From Octopus vulgaris (Eukaryota), in NCBI GenBank assembly GCA_951406725.2, contig OX597823.1, positions 82,398,001 through 82,462,000 of the forward strand: a stretch of DNA of 64,000 nt, given 5' to 3'. A program made the position numbers and the translations under genes. The notes under the pieces were generated by a model. It saw only the letters and a list, made by a program, of their open reading frames with translations, searched no databases and was not told the origin of the DNA. Shown here piece after piece: positions 1 to 13,391 of the stretch. Numbering within the stretch: position 1 is the stretch's first letter; every line of letters begins with the position of its first letter.

Positions 1-12
1 ATATATAAATAA

Positions 13-44
<32 letters not shown>

Positions 45-1919
45 TTTTTATGCTTATGTATACATAAATACAGATACACACCCATATAGATATGCTCATA
101 TTCAGATATATATATTTGTATGTCCATAGACAACCTAAAAATAAATTAGGCACGAAAAAGTGATATCTTAATTGAATCAGAATCTCGGCTAGGAGTGAAA
201 TTTTACTCGGACAAAAATCTTTCTGTTGATATTCGATATGAAGTTATTAAAACATGATGTTCAATTTCACGATGATATTGATTTTTTTTTTGTATAAAGA
301 TAATTAACATATCTATGCAATGTTAAATTAGATAGTATTTCCAATGAAGTGTGCTGTTGAATAAGAATTCTTGCCCGTTATTGTAACTTATCGATCGAGT
401 TTCGATTCCTACTTGAATGTGTTTCCAGTGACTGTATTTGCTAAAGTTCTTTTAAAAGCCATGGAAATCCCAAACTGCATTTTACCATTTCCTTCAATGT
501 TCAAGCTTCTTGTTTACATAGGAAAAATAATATAATGTCACAATCTCTCGTGGCAAGGTATAAGCTGAACATACTCTCAAATCTTGAACTCCTTAATTAT
601 GTATTATCGTAACAATACGATTACCAATGAAGACAATCATATAATATCAATATATGTAATAATACAAATGATAAAAGCACAATAAACATGAACCCTTCAA
701 CTAGTTCAACGTCACGAGAATGAAGAACAATTCAAATTAACGTGACACCAAAATTTTAAACAATTACTGATAGCAAACATGTCAAACATATATTCCCATC
801 ATCAGCTGCCGAACAAATATGACAATGATTTCGACATCTGGGCAGTATCTTCAATTCGGTGGTGTTAACAGCGTTATAATTATAAACGTCACCTTTGAAT
901 CAGTAAACAAGTAGCAAGAGCGAAACAATAGCATAATATATCCATTACGTCTACATCTACTTAATATAAATAACGACATCGAATATAAACAAAATCATAT
1001 TAAAGTTATAGCTAAAAAGCATGGAAATATTTTTAAAAGGTATCTATGAAACAAAGAAATATCTCTCAAAAACGGATAGTGCTATCATAAAAACTATATC
1101 CAAAAGTGTATATGCTTTTAGTTGTTTCCCTGCTTTGTTTTTCTTTTAATGGTAATGAGTACTGCCCGTAACCCTTTCCAAATATTCCGCGATAGCTGAG
1201 ATCAAAGAAAAAGTTATTCTTAGATCAGAGATAATGTCCGATTGTTTAGAACAGAGAGGAATACGTTAAAAATACCGAATAACTAACTGATAGCATTAAA
1301 CCTGGTTTCGAATTAAATCTGCTAACAAATAAACTACAGTTACCATTAGTTTGTGTTTGAAATATTACTCCATTGTTTCAATATGATGTTTGTACTCAAA
1401 TATATTTTCAACAACACATTAAAAATTCTAATGTAATTACATTTAAAATCAACTTTTATTGATTGACTTTATGTTGTATGTAATGTAAGTAATCATTTAG
1501 AGGAAAGAATCTTGAGATTGAAATATCTTGTCTGACATAGTTGAAGTAATTTTTTAACAATATAAACAGGTACATATTTTAGTGTCTGTAAATCGATCGA
1601 ATGTTGAACATATGTATTCTCACACAGGCTCTATATTGTACCCATTGTCATGAATAGTATAACACGCTGTTCGAGTATACCATCTCATAAAAGATGTAAG
1701 ATACTGGAAGTGCAGTTTATTGTTCTATACAGTGGCAACATAATGTATTTAATGGTTTTAGGTAAGTCTGTAATGAAGAATTTTTTTTTTTCATATATGT
1801 CTGAGAAAGTTTTTAAAAGGTCACCCTCGTCTATATCATGTATTTATGATAACGAAGAGATGGAATAAACTGGAACAATGACGAGCTGGGTTAAATAACT
1901 TGTATTATTTGAACAGTTC

Positions 1920-2362
1920 AAGGCGGCGAGCAGACAGAGCCGTTAGCAGGCCGGGCAACATCTTAGCTGCATTTCGTCCGCCTTTGCGTTCTGAGTTCAA
2001 ATTTCGACGAGGTCGATTTCACCTTTCGTCCTTTCAGGGTCGATAAATAAGTACCAGTAAAGTACTAGTCTCAATATAATCGATTAGCCTCCCCCATCCC
2101 ATTTTAAAATTTCAGGTATTGCACGTATAAAAGAAATGATAATTTGTATAGTTCAAGGCAGTGAGCTCGCAGAGCCGGACAAAATGCCAAGTGGCATTTC
2201 ATCCGCTTTTACGTTCTGAGTTCAAATTCCATCGGGCTCGATTTTATCTTTCATTTTTTCGAGGTCGATAAAATGAATTCCAGCGAAGTACTGGGATCGA
2301 TGTAATCGACTTACCCCTACCCTCAAAACTGCAGCCCCTGTACTGAAATTTGAAACCACTAT
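1920..2362 (+). mobile_element. tRNA-derived SINE family A, two tandem diverged copies
   Basis: Head AAGGCGGCGAG..CAGAG..GTTAGC, B-box GAGTTCAAAT, conserved block GAGGTCGA..T..CCTTTC.TCCTTTC.GGGTCGATAAA..AGTACCAG; the same unit recurs more than 15 times in the window. Confidence 0.85.
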
Positions 2363-2818
2363 ATTTGTACGGTTCGTCATCAAATGCTACTGGAATGAAC
2401 TTCGTCTTTGATCACTCCTGGAGTTAATAAAATGGGTACCGGTGATACAACGGTGTTTAATAAATCTATCAAAGATCCTTTCTGCAAAGGTAATCGATAT
2501 TTATGTTAGCATATTTGAATGACATCACAGAATATAATGAAGCGATTAATAATTTTAAAACTGTTATTAATTTTACAGATATTAAATAAAACACCTTGAG
2601 ATTTCCTTAATCATAATATTGTGTACTGAGAGTTTGTGACATTTTGGAAAACTATTCTTAACATATTTAACAACGTATCTTATTATCAACAAAAGAATAT
2701 TGATATTGCATATCAAATTATAAGTCATTATATGTTATCTTCAGCTTCAGAGTAAAACTATATTCTTGTGTTGACATAGTCTGATATCTTTTACATACAC
2801 AACGGTATTGGACTAAGT

Positions 2819-3010
2819 TGCCGGGCGAAATGCTTAGTGGTATTTTGTCTGCCCCTACGTTCTGCGTCCAAATTCCGCCGAGGTCGACTTTGCCTTTCAT
2901 CCTTTCGGAGTCGATAAATTAAGTACCAGTTACGCACTGGGATCGATGTAATCGACTTAATCCGTTTATCTGTCCTTGTTTGTCCCCTTGTGGGTAGTAA
3001 AGAAATAGAT
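2819..3010 (+). mobile_element. SINE family A, 5'-truncated, well-preserved copy
   Basis: Near identical to the second unit of the 29824-30426 array, ending GTGGGTAGTAAAGAAATAG. Confidence 0.85.
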
Positions 3011-3747
3011 ATTGGACTAAGTTGATGCAAACTTTTAGAAAGTGTATTATATAAATTTGATGAAAATTTCTAAGGGGTTGCTATGACTAAATAATGTAGC
3101 CATAGACGAAGTTTCAATATGTTATATTATAATGTTTTATGAACACGAGAAACCTCAAGAAACATCATCACATATAAGAAAATTTACGTGAAGTAAAATT
3201 TTTATGCTTCATGCGCCATGCTTCAGCGGACATATCTAACATTACATCTAGTGATAACCTTATCTATGTGTGATGTATATCAATGACAAATAAACAGCCG
3301 CTGATATGAGTAAATACCGGTGCATGAAGGAACTAACTGACAGTAACTGAAAGTAATAGTCACACTGACAACAGTAGTTAATACACTGGGAAAAAATATA
3401 TAAACAGTCAAGATACAGAGGATCAAAAAACAGCTTCCGGTAGATTAATTTCATGACATGGTGTTTCAATCTAGCTGAAACGAATTTATTTTAATTTTAC
3501 AGATAGTAATTTTGGGAAGGCTAAATGTCACAAATACTCAATTCTACTTCCATTAAACATACTGAAATTTTCTCTTAACCAGAACAAATCTTATTACAAT
3601 CTACATGAATAGACTACACGGAAGATTCTACATCGCCAGGATGGAAGTGTTAAATGGCATATACGGCGTTACCATTCTCGACGGAAACAGACTCTCTCTG
3701 TCTCTCTCTCTGTCTCTCTCTCACACACACACACGTATATATGTACG

Positions 3748-3794
<47 letters not shown>

Positions 3795-3872
3795 GAGATT
3801 ACGTATTTGTAAAGTCCTCCTTGTCAACATATTTTTCTTTAATTGATCATTAAAGAAAATGACGCAATAGCA

Positions 3873-3932
<60 letters not shown>

Positions 3933-5289
3933 TCGCACACATCCTACACACACAGCTGATATTTATTTCTAATGAGTATTCTAAGTCGGAAAACGAATGA
4001 ATGATTCTCTCAAATCAACGAGGCATCCTTTCATTATATTCGCTTGATCTGATAGATATAGTTACCAAATACCCCTGAAATTAATACACACCGTTCACAT
4101 ACAAAATAACGTATTTGAGAATGTAGCAGTCAGGGGCTGGAATGCATTTGACCATAAGCTTTTCTGTCAGAATATAGTTAACTTAAACAATATTAGCAAT
4201 AACAGATGTGTAATTTGCCGTCTAATGAGTTTGGCACTGAGCTACGATATCGAAGAATAGTTTTCACTTGTTATTAGTCGAAGTATCGATCTTCAGATGG
4301 CATGTGATTACCTTATGCACTAGACTGACTGGTTAGGAATTACAGACTTCGTAAGTATATAGATTCGAATATAAAAATAGAATTTGTACCCAGTGTTCGC
4401 AGAATAAGATTAAAGTCACGTATCACATATATGAAGCAATTCATAACAACTGCGCCACTAATGCACTAGCTAATGAAATAAGCATCAGGAACTGTCATTG
4501 TATTCCTACTTATATGAAGGACCATTTTTCTTGGTGCAAAAGAAACAAATATAACCTACACACCGAAAATAGTTTAAAACTGTCCATTAGTTAAACTGAG
4601 ATTATAAATAGCTATTCCGAGATTACGGTGGAAAGTATTTTTTAATAACTATTCTGATGGTTAAAAAATCAATTATATTTCAGAAACTATCCTAAATAAA
4701 TATTATCTAGGGTCATTAACGGAGAATAGCTTAAAACATATTGATTAATTCATAAGATATTCTGTTTCTTACACACATGAAACTTCTTTAAGTAAGAACA
4801 ATGCTTTGCACTACGATAAAGGAAAACGATAATGAAAGCCAATGATTAAATTACATATTAGAAAATTCTATTATGTATCTAATGCATTTTGTACGCAACA
4901 AATTCATTTATTTAATCGTTACTTTAACATAAAGAGCAAAAAGTATAGTTTTACAAGGTAACAAAAGATCAAATTTGATGCTTGTCATGAGTAAGCTCAT
5001 TAGCACACTAGTTGAGACTTGATTCGTCTTGTTTTGATGTTCAATTTTGCAAGAAACCATTTTAGAATTTATAATATAAACACCATCGATGTAGAATATA
5101 TACACGCATAAATAGTATCCGTCTTGTTTTTCATCAGAGGCTTATCAAGGGAAATCTGTATATCGATCTTCATTTCAATTATTTTGCATGATTCAGTATA
5201 TTACTTTCGGTCTTTCATCTCTGTAGGGTTTGCGTTCAAATCCTACCTAGGTCAACCTTATGTTTCAACTCTCATATTGATTTCAGATT

Positions 5290-5492
5290 TTGACTCAAGG
5301 CCAACATTTTCGGGGGAGGAAGTAAGTTGATTTCATCAACCTCAGTGGTCAACTGGTACTTATTTTATCGACCCTGAAAAGATGAAAGGCAAAGTCGAAC
5401 CCGGTGATATTTGAACTCAGAACATAAGGACGAACAAAAGGCAGCAAAGAATTTTACCCTGCCTGCTAACGATTCTGCCAGATCCTCGCCGC
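5290..5492 (-). mobile_element. SINE family A, diverged
   Basis: Reverse-complement block CTGGTACTTATTTTATCGACCCTGAAAAGATGAAAGGCAAAGTCGA..TTTGAACTCAGAAC. Confidence 0.75.
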
Positions 5493-5795
5493 CTCATTGC
5501 AACTGTCTCATATTGATAAACTAACAGCGCATCACGTAACTGATCCATTCCTGTAAATATAAATTTCTCCAAGAAACGTTTTGTCATATGCCAAGGTAAG
5601 GGACCAAAATATTTTGATTAATTTTTGGAAATATATTTTACAGAAATGCTGTTCTCAGTTTTCAGTTTCTGAGAGTTATTCGATGAAAGATGGGAAAAGA
5701 TATTGCCAATTTGTTTTATTTGATTCTAAATTATTAAATTGATGAATTGTTTCATGTCTGTTGTAAGTGTGCTAAAGATCAAATAAAATGCTAGC

Positions 5796-6316
5796 TTTAT
5801 ACAACAGAACATCAACACAGTAGTGTTAAAACTAAAGCTCCCACTATAATGGGAGGGATTTTGTAAAGAAATTCTTACGTTCTCTCAATAATTTCCTGTA
5901 GACAAAATGGAAAAGCGTTGCCCGAGGATAGCGAGGGAGATGCGCTGTAACAGCTACTCTGACTAGCAGACTCGCGCTTGTGGATTGCCATCTCTACCCC
6001 GATAGTGATGAGAAGGGATATGGTTCGGAGGTGGGAGCTAAGAAAGCCGAAGGTCTCCACTGTCACAGGTTCAGCTAACCTGTCAGAGCGACCGATATTT
6101 GACAGTTTGTTTTTGTCAAACTGACGAGCAGCTATACTTGGGCTTGAGGATGATCACGCCAAGTTGCCGCTGGAGAGGTGTGTCACAGCATGTGGCATCC
6201 CAGATGAGGGTCCTCCTGTCGCAGAGCGGGAAAATAATCATACCGTCAGATCTTTTACCGTCCCCTCGGTCTAATCCCACTGGCTCGAGCTGAGAAGAGA
6301 AGCCTGCGGCGTCTAC
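5796..6316 (-). pseudogene. 3' fragment of an RLE-type (CRE-like) non-LTR retrotransposon
   Basis: Translation EPVGLDRGDGKRSDGMIIFP..LIWDATCCDT, then KYRSL..EPVTVETFG and LLQRISLAIL/GNAFSIL across frameshifts and stops; this is the restriction-like endonuclease C-terminus. Confidence 0.8.
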
Positions 6317-6394
6317 GTAATACTTTATGATTTCAGCGAATAAGGCATGCTTTATGATTTCTAAAGACAAAATAATTATGAAATGCTGGTTTTG

Positions 6395-6555
6395 AATTTT
6401 GACACATTTCGGGGTTGGGGTGTCAGTCGATGATATCGACCCCAGAATTAAACAGGTTTATATTTTATCGCTCCTAAAGGATGAAAGGCAAAATCGACCT
6501 CGGCAGGATTTGAACTCAGAACGTAAAGATGCAAATATTTTGCTCGGCGTGCATG
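6395..6555 (-). mobile_element. SINE family A, diverged
   Basis: AAAGGATGAAAGGCAAAATCGACCTCGGCAGGATTTGAACTCAGAACG. Confidence 0.7.
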
Positions 6556-6609
6556 TTTATAAAATATTAATCTCAGAATTAAAATATAGCGAAAATTTCT
6601 AAATAAGTC

Positions 6610-6990
6610 CAGGCATAGCTGTAAGGTTAAGCAGCTTGTTTCCCAACCGCATGATTCTGGGTTCAGTCCCATTGCGTGGCAACATGGGTAAGTGTTTTCT
6701 ACTATATCATTGGACTGACCAATGCCCTATGAGTAAATTGGGTAGGCGGAGACGGTAATGAAGCCCGTCGTGTATATACATGTTTGTATGTGTCTTTTTA
6801 TCTGTTTGTACTCCTACAACTTGACAACTGATTTCAGTTTGATTACAGCATTGTAACTTGGCAATTCAGCACACGTGACGATTGAATAAGTGGCAAGCGT
6901 AAAAATAAGTGCTGGGTGGGGCGGGGAGCAATTTCTCCGAATAAAACCCTTCAAAGTGGTGCATGACTGAAACAAGTTATAGATAAAAGC
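6610..6990 (+). mobile_element. tRNA-derived SINE family B (CORE-like segment, internal microsatellite), diverged
   Basis: GGTTCAGTCCC B-box, GGCAACATGGGTAAGTGTTTT CORE-like segment, GAAGCCCGTCGT then a TA/TG tract, tail ATGACTGAAACAAG. Confidence 0.75.
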
Positions 6991-7372
6991 ATACTGAACA
7001 CAATTTTGATTAAATTAAAAAATAAAATTGTTAAATTTCGTAGGAGTAAGTGCAGACTATGTAAGAGCGATATGGTAACATTGTAGTATTGTAAAGTTTG
7101 AATGTAATTAACATGTAATTATCAGAGTATAACACAAAGGCTATAGGCAAAAACAAAACAAAACAAAGAAAGTCATAAAAATAATCAATACTTCATCTCA
7201 TGCTTTAATATATAATATATAGTGGAAAATTTATTGATTTTATCGTATCGAAAGCAAATGTGGTTACATATATAGAAGAAAAGAATTTGACAAACGATTA
7301 AACAACTGATATATAGTAACGTTATTTAATTCCATAAAGAAATTTTAAACAAAAATCGAAAAATTGTTATAT

Positions 7373-7375
<3 letters not shown>

Positions 7376-7424
<49 letters not shown>

Positions 7425-7435
7425 ATATATATATG

Positions 7436-7533
<98 letters not shown>

Positions 7534-7635
7534 CGTATATATATGTATATATATATGTATATATGTATATATATATATGTATATATATGTATATATATAT
7601 GTATATATATATATACGTATATATATATGTATATA

Positions 7636-7675
<40 letters not shown>

Positions 7676-7696
7676 TATATATATGTATATATATGT

Positions 7697-7736
<40 letters not shown>

Positions 7737-7737
7737 G

Positions 7738-7777
<40 letters not shown>

Positions 7778-7784
7778 GTATATA

Positions 7785-7841
<57 letters not shown>

Positions 7842-7926
7842 CGGGAAGCTTTATGAAAATAAACAAAAGACGAAGGCAGGTGGAAAACAAACGAACAATT
7901 GTACATATATATATATATGTATATAT

Positions 7927-7960
<34 letters not shown>

Positions 7961-8157
7961 ATATACATATATATACATATATATATATATATACATATGT
8001 ATATATATATATGTATATATATGTATATATATATATATGTATATATATGTATATATATATGTGTATATATATATACGTATATATATGTATATATATATAT
8101 ATGTATATATATGTATATATATATGTATATATATGTATATATATATGTATATACATA

Positions 8158-8235
<78 letters not shown>

Positions 8236-8241
8236 TATATG

Positions 8242-8302
<61 letters not shown>
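7376..8302. repeat. ~930 bp imperfect (TA)n/(TATG)n microsatellite with a ~63 bp insert
   Basis: Read directly; source of the YI-repeat ORFs. Confidence 0.97.
7840..7903 (-). mobile_element. Extremely 5'-truncated terminus of a Penelope-like element
   Basis: AACGGGAAGCTTTATGAAAATAAACAAAAGACGAAGGCAGGTGG is identical to the terminus at 53606, which is related to the terminus of the GIY-YIG element at 20858. Confidence 0.75.
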
Positions 8303-8305
<3 letters not shown>

Positions 8306-8420
8306 CAGGCTCGGCTCTGTGGTTAAGAAGCTCGTTTTGCAACCACACGATTTCGGGTTCAGTTCCACTACGTAGTCTGTTGGATAACTGTTTTCTGCTC
8401 CAATGCTTTGTGAGTGAACA
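8303..8420 (+). mobile_element. SINE family B 5' fragment
   Basis: GGCTCTGTGGTTAAGAAGCT..GCAACCACACGATTTCGGGTTCAGTTCCACT. Confidence 0.65.
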
Positions 8421-8781
8421 AGACAAAAGTCATTGTTCCGCGATTTGGTCCTCCCATGGAGAGATATCGGTTCAGTCCAGCATATAGCCAAGTATCTCAG
8501 AGATGAATATATAAAAAATGCATGCACTCAGCAGATCAACTCTAGTCAATAATCGGTCAAAATCTGCTCGAGCTCATGCTACAGATTAAGTCATGTGGTT
8601 TAACCAAAATAGCTTTTCACATATAATCGTGAATTTATCGACAAATTTTTCACAAAGATGCAGGCAAGATGTCCCAATGTACGACATCTTGGGTAAACGT
8701 TTTCTGCTAAAGACTGGTGTTGAGTCTTGCGAGTGAATTTCATTCATGGATATTGCATAGAAGCCCTTCGTATATATATAT

Positions 8782-9114
8782 ATGGCTCAGTGGTTAGAGC
8801 GTCGAGCTTACGATCGTGAGGTTATGAGCTCGAATCCCGGACCGGGCTGCGTGTTGTGTTCTTGAGCAAGGCACTTTATTTCACGTTGCTCCAGTTCACT
8901 CAGCTGTAGAAATGAGTTGCGACGTCACTGGTGCCAAGCTGTATCGACCTTTGTCTTTCCCTTGGATAACACTGGTGGCGTGGAGAGGGGAGGCTGGTAT
9001 GCATGGGCGACTGCTGGTCTTCCATAAACAACCTTGCCCGGACTTGTGTCTAGGAGGGTAACTTTCTAGGTGCAATCCCATGGTCATTCATGACCGAAGG
9101 GGGTCTTTACCCTT
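8782..9114 (+). mobile_element. tRNA-derived CORE-type SINE, head D with tail 1
   Basis: A-box TGGCTCAGTGG, B-box GCTCGAATCC, CORE-like GTTGTGTTCTTGAGCAAGGCACTT, tail CCATGGTCATTCATGACCGAAGGGGGTC. Confidence 0.85.
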
Positions 9115-9132
9115 TATATATATATATACATA

Positions 9133-9172
<40 letters not shown>

Positions 9173-9176
<4 letters not shown>

Positions 9177-9403
9177 ATAGAAATGTTAAGACAACAAAAG
9201 AATGAAAGAGACCTCGATATTATGTAAATAGAGGAATTTATTCGTAAATATGTGACAGTTATTCGGTAGCCATGATAAAACTCCGAGTTTCGGATGTCGG
9301 ATCGGAAACCCACGCTGCCATCTCTTCAGTTATCTGGCGTGAATTTCCACCCCAACATCCGAAACTCGGAGTTTTATCATGGTTACCGAATAACTGTCAC
9401 TTA
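9173..9403 (-). mobile_element. Penelope-like non-autonomous element with inverted end, inserted in (TA)n
   Basis: ~46 bp inverted repeat (9252-9297 vs 9355-9400), (TA)n on both sides, contains a hammerhead motif. Confidence 0.75.
9269..9338 (-). ncRNA. Type I hammerhead ribozyme motif
   Basis: gccagataa-CUGAAGA-gaug..cauc(c)-GAAA-cucggag-UU/uuaucauggc; helix I gauaa/uuauc extended by gcca/uggc, near-palindromic helix III, one extra C at the base of helix II. Confidence 0.7.
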
Positions 9404-9910
9404 TTATATATATATATATATAAAGTTTATATTTATTTGTGTTTCTGCCTGCGTTTCTTTATGCTTGTTCCCCACCATTTGACATCCTGTGTTGGTTTGG
9501 TTACACCCCCTATAAGTCAGCCATTCAACATAAAAGATTGTGATTAGAATAAGTATCACACTGAAAATATAATCAGTATTGTTCGACAAAACCTTTCATG
9601 GTCGCAATCCAATGAACGAAACAAGTAAAAGCTAAAGCATAAAAGATCCATTAACTCTGATCTACAAATGAGTAGAACAGATGATTGTTACTGTTTGCAT
9701 GTTTGGTAAGTAAGCTGTAAGCTACTTTCTTTCTCTGATGAAAAATCACGAGTAGGGACTCCAGATTAGACGACAATAATCAGTCGAAACTTTTAAGCGT
9801 GGTTTAACGACAAATTATATATGAAAGCCAGGATAAATATATATTTCGTGAAACATACTTACATGAATGTATTTACCATTCGCATATGTACATACACAAA
9901 CACATACATA

Positions 9911-10116
9911 CGAGGGGTTGCTGAAAAGTTCCTGTCATTGGGTGAAAAAGAAAATACAGGCGGGTCAGTCAATTATGATTTTATTCAACATATTCTTCTC
10001 TCAGATTCACACGCCTATTGCAGCAGTCCTTCAGATTTTCTAAGCCCTGTAAAAGAATTTAGATGATTAGGCCTCCAACCAGACTACAAAGTCAAGAACT
10101 TTTCAGCACCCCCTCG
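9911..10116. mobile_element. Mariner-type MITE
   Basis: TIRs CGAGGGGTTGCTGAAAAGTTC / GAACTTTTCAGCACCCCCTCG, TA on the left flank; second copy at 23775. Confidence 0.85.
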
Positions 10117-10721
10117 TTCACGCATGCACACAAACGTATGAATGCGCTTGTATGTTTTGATGATTTGTTTCTTCCATAGTGAATAGTTTCAGGCAATAGA
10201 CCAGTGTCTTTTCTTTATTGTAGTTTAATCTAATGAACACTACAGATAAGTATTAGCTGTATATTTATGTCTGGTTGTAGAATAATTTTTATACTAATGC
10301 GACTTTGTCCCAGATATAAACTGGAAAAAGAAATGTGTATTTTCTCAGTGTTTCTATGTATATAAAACAATCTATTTAACAATTCTGTATAAGCTCTGTT
10401 TCACATTTGGCTTTTCAAAATTATGTGTAGACGTTTCAATGTTTTGACTGGTCATCATAGCATATAATGTAAACAAATAGAAATTCGAGGGTTATGTGTA
10501 AACTATAACAGATTGACAACTTATTGCATTGGAATGAATTGTTTGCCATATAAAAACATTGAGCTTGTTTTGATACATGCACAAAACTATTTAAAAGATT
10601 TGTCTAAAGTCAGCCAACGAATAATCAACGAATAATAAACGTACTCATTTGATATGCTGGAAATAATAGCTAAATTTCTTTCAAACAACGTTGCCGTCTT
10701 AACAAGTAACTACACATGTTT

Positions 10722-10916
10722 CAAGACTTGGTACATGTCCAGCAATTTAGTGGAAGGGGTAAGTTGATTACACCAGCCCCAATGACCAACCGGTGCTTAT
10801 TTTATCGACCTCGAAAAGAACAAAAAGGCAAAGTTGATCTCGGCAGTTGATCTCGGATGAAATGCGGCTAAGCATTTTGCCCGCCTTGCTAATGATTCTG
10901 TCGGCTCGACGCCTTC
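10722..10916 (-). mobile_element. SINE family A, diverged
   Basis: TTTTATCGACCTCGAAAAG..AAGGCAAAGTTGATCTCGGC..GAAATGCGGCTAAGCATTTTGCCCG..CTCGACGCCTT. Confidence 0.7.
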
Positions 10917-11464
10917 ATACATGTAGTTAGTAATATACAGAAAGATGTGGCGGCTACGGCTAGAATACTTTTGGATATTGGGTTTGATTCATAATACCTG
11001 AAAAGGAAGTTAAACAGCAACAACAACCTATCACAATAATGTAATTGATAAAAACACGAACGCTACATTTGATATCGACATTCACCGCAATCACTGGACA
11101 CTAAGTAACGAACGGAGAAGTCATTCATTTGTATCAATTCACCGTTAAGACAAGTAAACACACATCTAAGATATAAAAAGAGATTGTTATTTAGCATAAG
11201 GTCAACGGTGATAGACATCTATGATCTGTAGCATTTTAGCCATTACCGTTCCATCATTTCCATGCTACCTAGATCTATATTAGTCAATATGTGGTTTCCT
11301 TATTTAAAGACTGAAGTGTATGGATTGAGAGATGGCAAATCGGATGGTGTCATCGGAGCTTCTGAGTTTGTTTGACACACGTCAAAGTAGAAAACCTAAC
11401 CAGTATAAGTTATGTACTACTGTGAGCAATGACATTATAGTGACATGGATATGTTTCGTTGGTT

Positions 11465-12230
11465 TCTTTATCTTTTATTTGATTCGATCATTGGTCTCCA
11501 GCCATGATGGAGCATGCTGTGAAGTATTGGCAAGACTTCCGCCCGACCCCCAACCACCCTTTTTTTTAAACTTTTTTTTTCGACACAAACCCCACTTTTC
11601 GGCTACGGGGAATACGAATATGCCAAAAAATTGGCAAAAATCGACATTTCTAAATTACCCCACCCCACCCCCATTTCCTTCATTTTAAACTTTTTTGGAA
11701 TTTTTTTTCTTGTCAAAATATGCGGAAAAATACGGAGATTTGTTATGATGATGCTGAAAAAAATTCCAAAATTCTTTCTAAAATTTTTTTAAAGAATCTT
11801 TTCTTTTCTAAATATGCGGGAAAATACGGACATCAGGATTCGGGTAAAAATTTCAAAACATTTCCGTGCTTAGGGTTAGGGCTTTAGGGTTAGTGTTGCG
11901 GAAAAAAGTCAAAATTGAAGCAGTTGAGGGGGAAAGGGGGGAAAAATTTTCATAATGCCGATTTTTGGCAATTTTCCGGAACCTCCGTACCCGAAAACTG
12001 GGATTTTTGGCAAAAAAAAAATTTAGATAAACGAATTTGGGAGAAAATGGAGTGGGGGCAACGTATTTCCGAAGTATTTACACGAACAAATAGACGCCAG
12101 TATATATTTGCATCTTAATCTGATACTTATTCTATTGTTGTCTTTTGCCGAGCCGCTAGTTACGTGAACGTAAATAAATCACCAAACGTTGTCAAGTAGT
12201 GAGGGCAAAACACGAGCACAAATACATACA
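11465..12230 (-). mobile_element. SINE family B 3' half interrupted by a MITE
   Basis: GCCATGATGGAGCA before 11521 and TCTTTTGCCGAGCCGCTAGTTACG..GTTGTCAAG after 12078 join into the family B reverse complement. Confidence 0.65.
11529..12070. mobile_element. Non-autonomous DNA transposon (MITE) with 8-bp TSD and internal TTAGGG repeats
   Basis: TSD GAAGTATT at 11521-11528 and 12071-12078; GG...CC termini; long imperfect inverted arms; TTAGGGTTAGGGCTTTAGGGTTAG at ~11870-11893. Confidence 0.8.
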
Positions 12231-12407
12231 CTTAGAAGTACTCAAGGTTTGGATTTAGAAGTGCTCAAGAGTAATTTGAGACGAAAGATATACATACGTA
12301 ATGTGAAGAAACAAAAGACCTGAAAATTCAATCCGCAAACACAACTCCGATTACAGTTGGGTTTAAAGGACAATTGTACATGACAGCTTAAAAATATATA
12401 AATACAC

Positions 12408-12569
12408 AGGCGCAGAAGTAGCTGTGTAGTAAGTATCTTGTTTTGCAACCACATGGTTTCGGGTTCAGTCCCACTGCTTGGCACCTCGGCCAAGTGTCTT
12501 CTACTATAGCCTCGGGCCGACCAAAGTTTTGTGAATGGATTTGGTAATGGAAACTGATAGAAGCCCGTC

Positions 12570-12626
<57 letters not shown>

Positions 12627-12850
12627 TGTGTGTGTGTGTGTTTGCGTTTGTATGACTGTCTCCCACCATCGCTTGAGAACCGATGCTAGTGTGTTTACGT
12701 CCCCGTAACTTAGTGGTTCGACAAAAGACCGACAGAATAAGTACTAGGCTTACAAAGAATAAGTCCTGGTGTCGATTTGCTCGACTAAAACGCGATGCTC
12801 TAGCATGGCCACAGTCAAATGACTGAAACAAGTAAAAGAAAATAAAAGAA
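12408..12850 (+). mobile_element. SINE family B, full length
   Basis: Head AGGCGCAGAAGTAGCTGTGT, B-box, internal (TA)n(TG)n, tail GCTCTAGCATGGCCACAGTCAAATGACTGAAACAAGTAAAAG. Confidence 0.9.
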
Positions 12851-13177
12851 ACACGGGCATTTTTACAACTAATTTTTACTACTCCGAATTTTAACTTCGC
12901 TTATCATTGTATCTTTTGGTTCGTTTCCATTACCAACACTTCAGACTTTCTCCAATATTTTTTACCTATACACGCATGTTTTAACGTTTATATGTCTGCA
13001 TCCGGATATTATTACTTTACACACATTTTTAACCAATCATGTACAATAGCCGTTTAAGTCCATCTCTAATCGAAGTCATGTTTGCGGATTGAATTACAAG
13101 GTCTTTTGTTTTTTCACATTACACACACACACACATACACACACACACATATATATATATATATATGTGCGTGTGTG

Positions 13178-13213
<36 letters not shown>

Positions 13214-13285
13214 AATACATACATATATATATATATATATATACGTATATATGTATTTATACATATGTGTGTATTTATAATATAC

Positions 13286-13383
<98 letters not shown>

Positions 13384-13391
13384 CTTACGTA

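Larger units (their letters stand above)
8670..9645 (+). mobile_element. Old SINE family B copy split by two nested insertions in its internal (TA)n
   Basis: 5' half ends GAAGCCCTTCGTATATA at ~8780; 3' half resumes at ~9430 and ends GAAACAAGTAAAAG. Confidence 0.65.

Noticed and set aside
7326-8527. Long ORFs up to 386 aa (YIYI...), and similar ORFs at 15.9, 17, 19.4 and 35.5 kb
   Set aside because: Translations of stop-free microsatellites with no protein-like content.
9735-9800. Plus-strand CTGATGA..CGAAAC
   Set aside because: No complementary helices I, II or III could be built.
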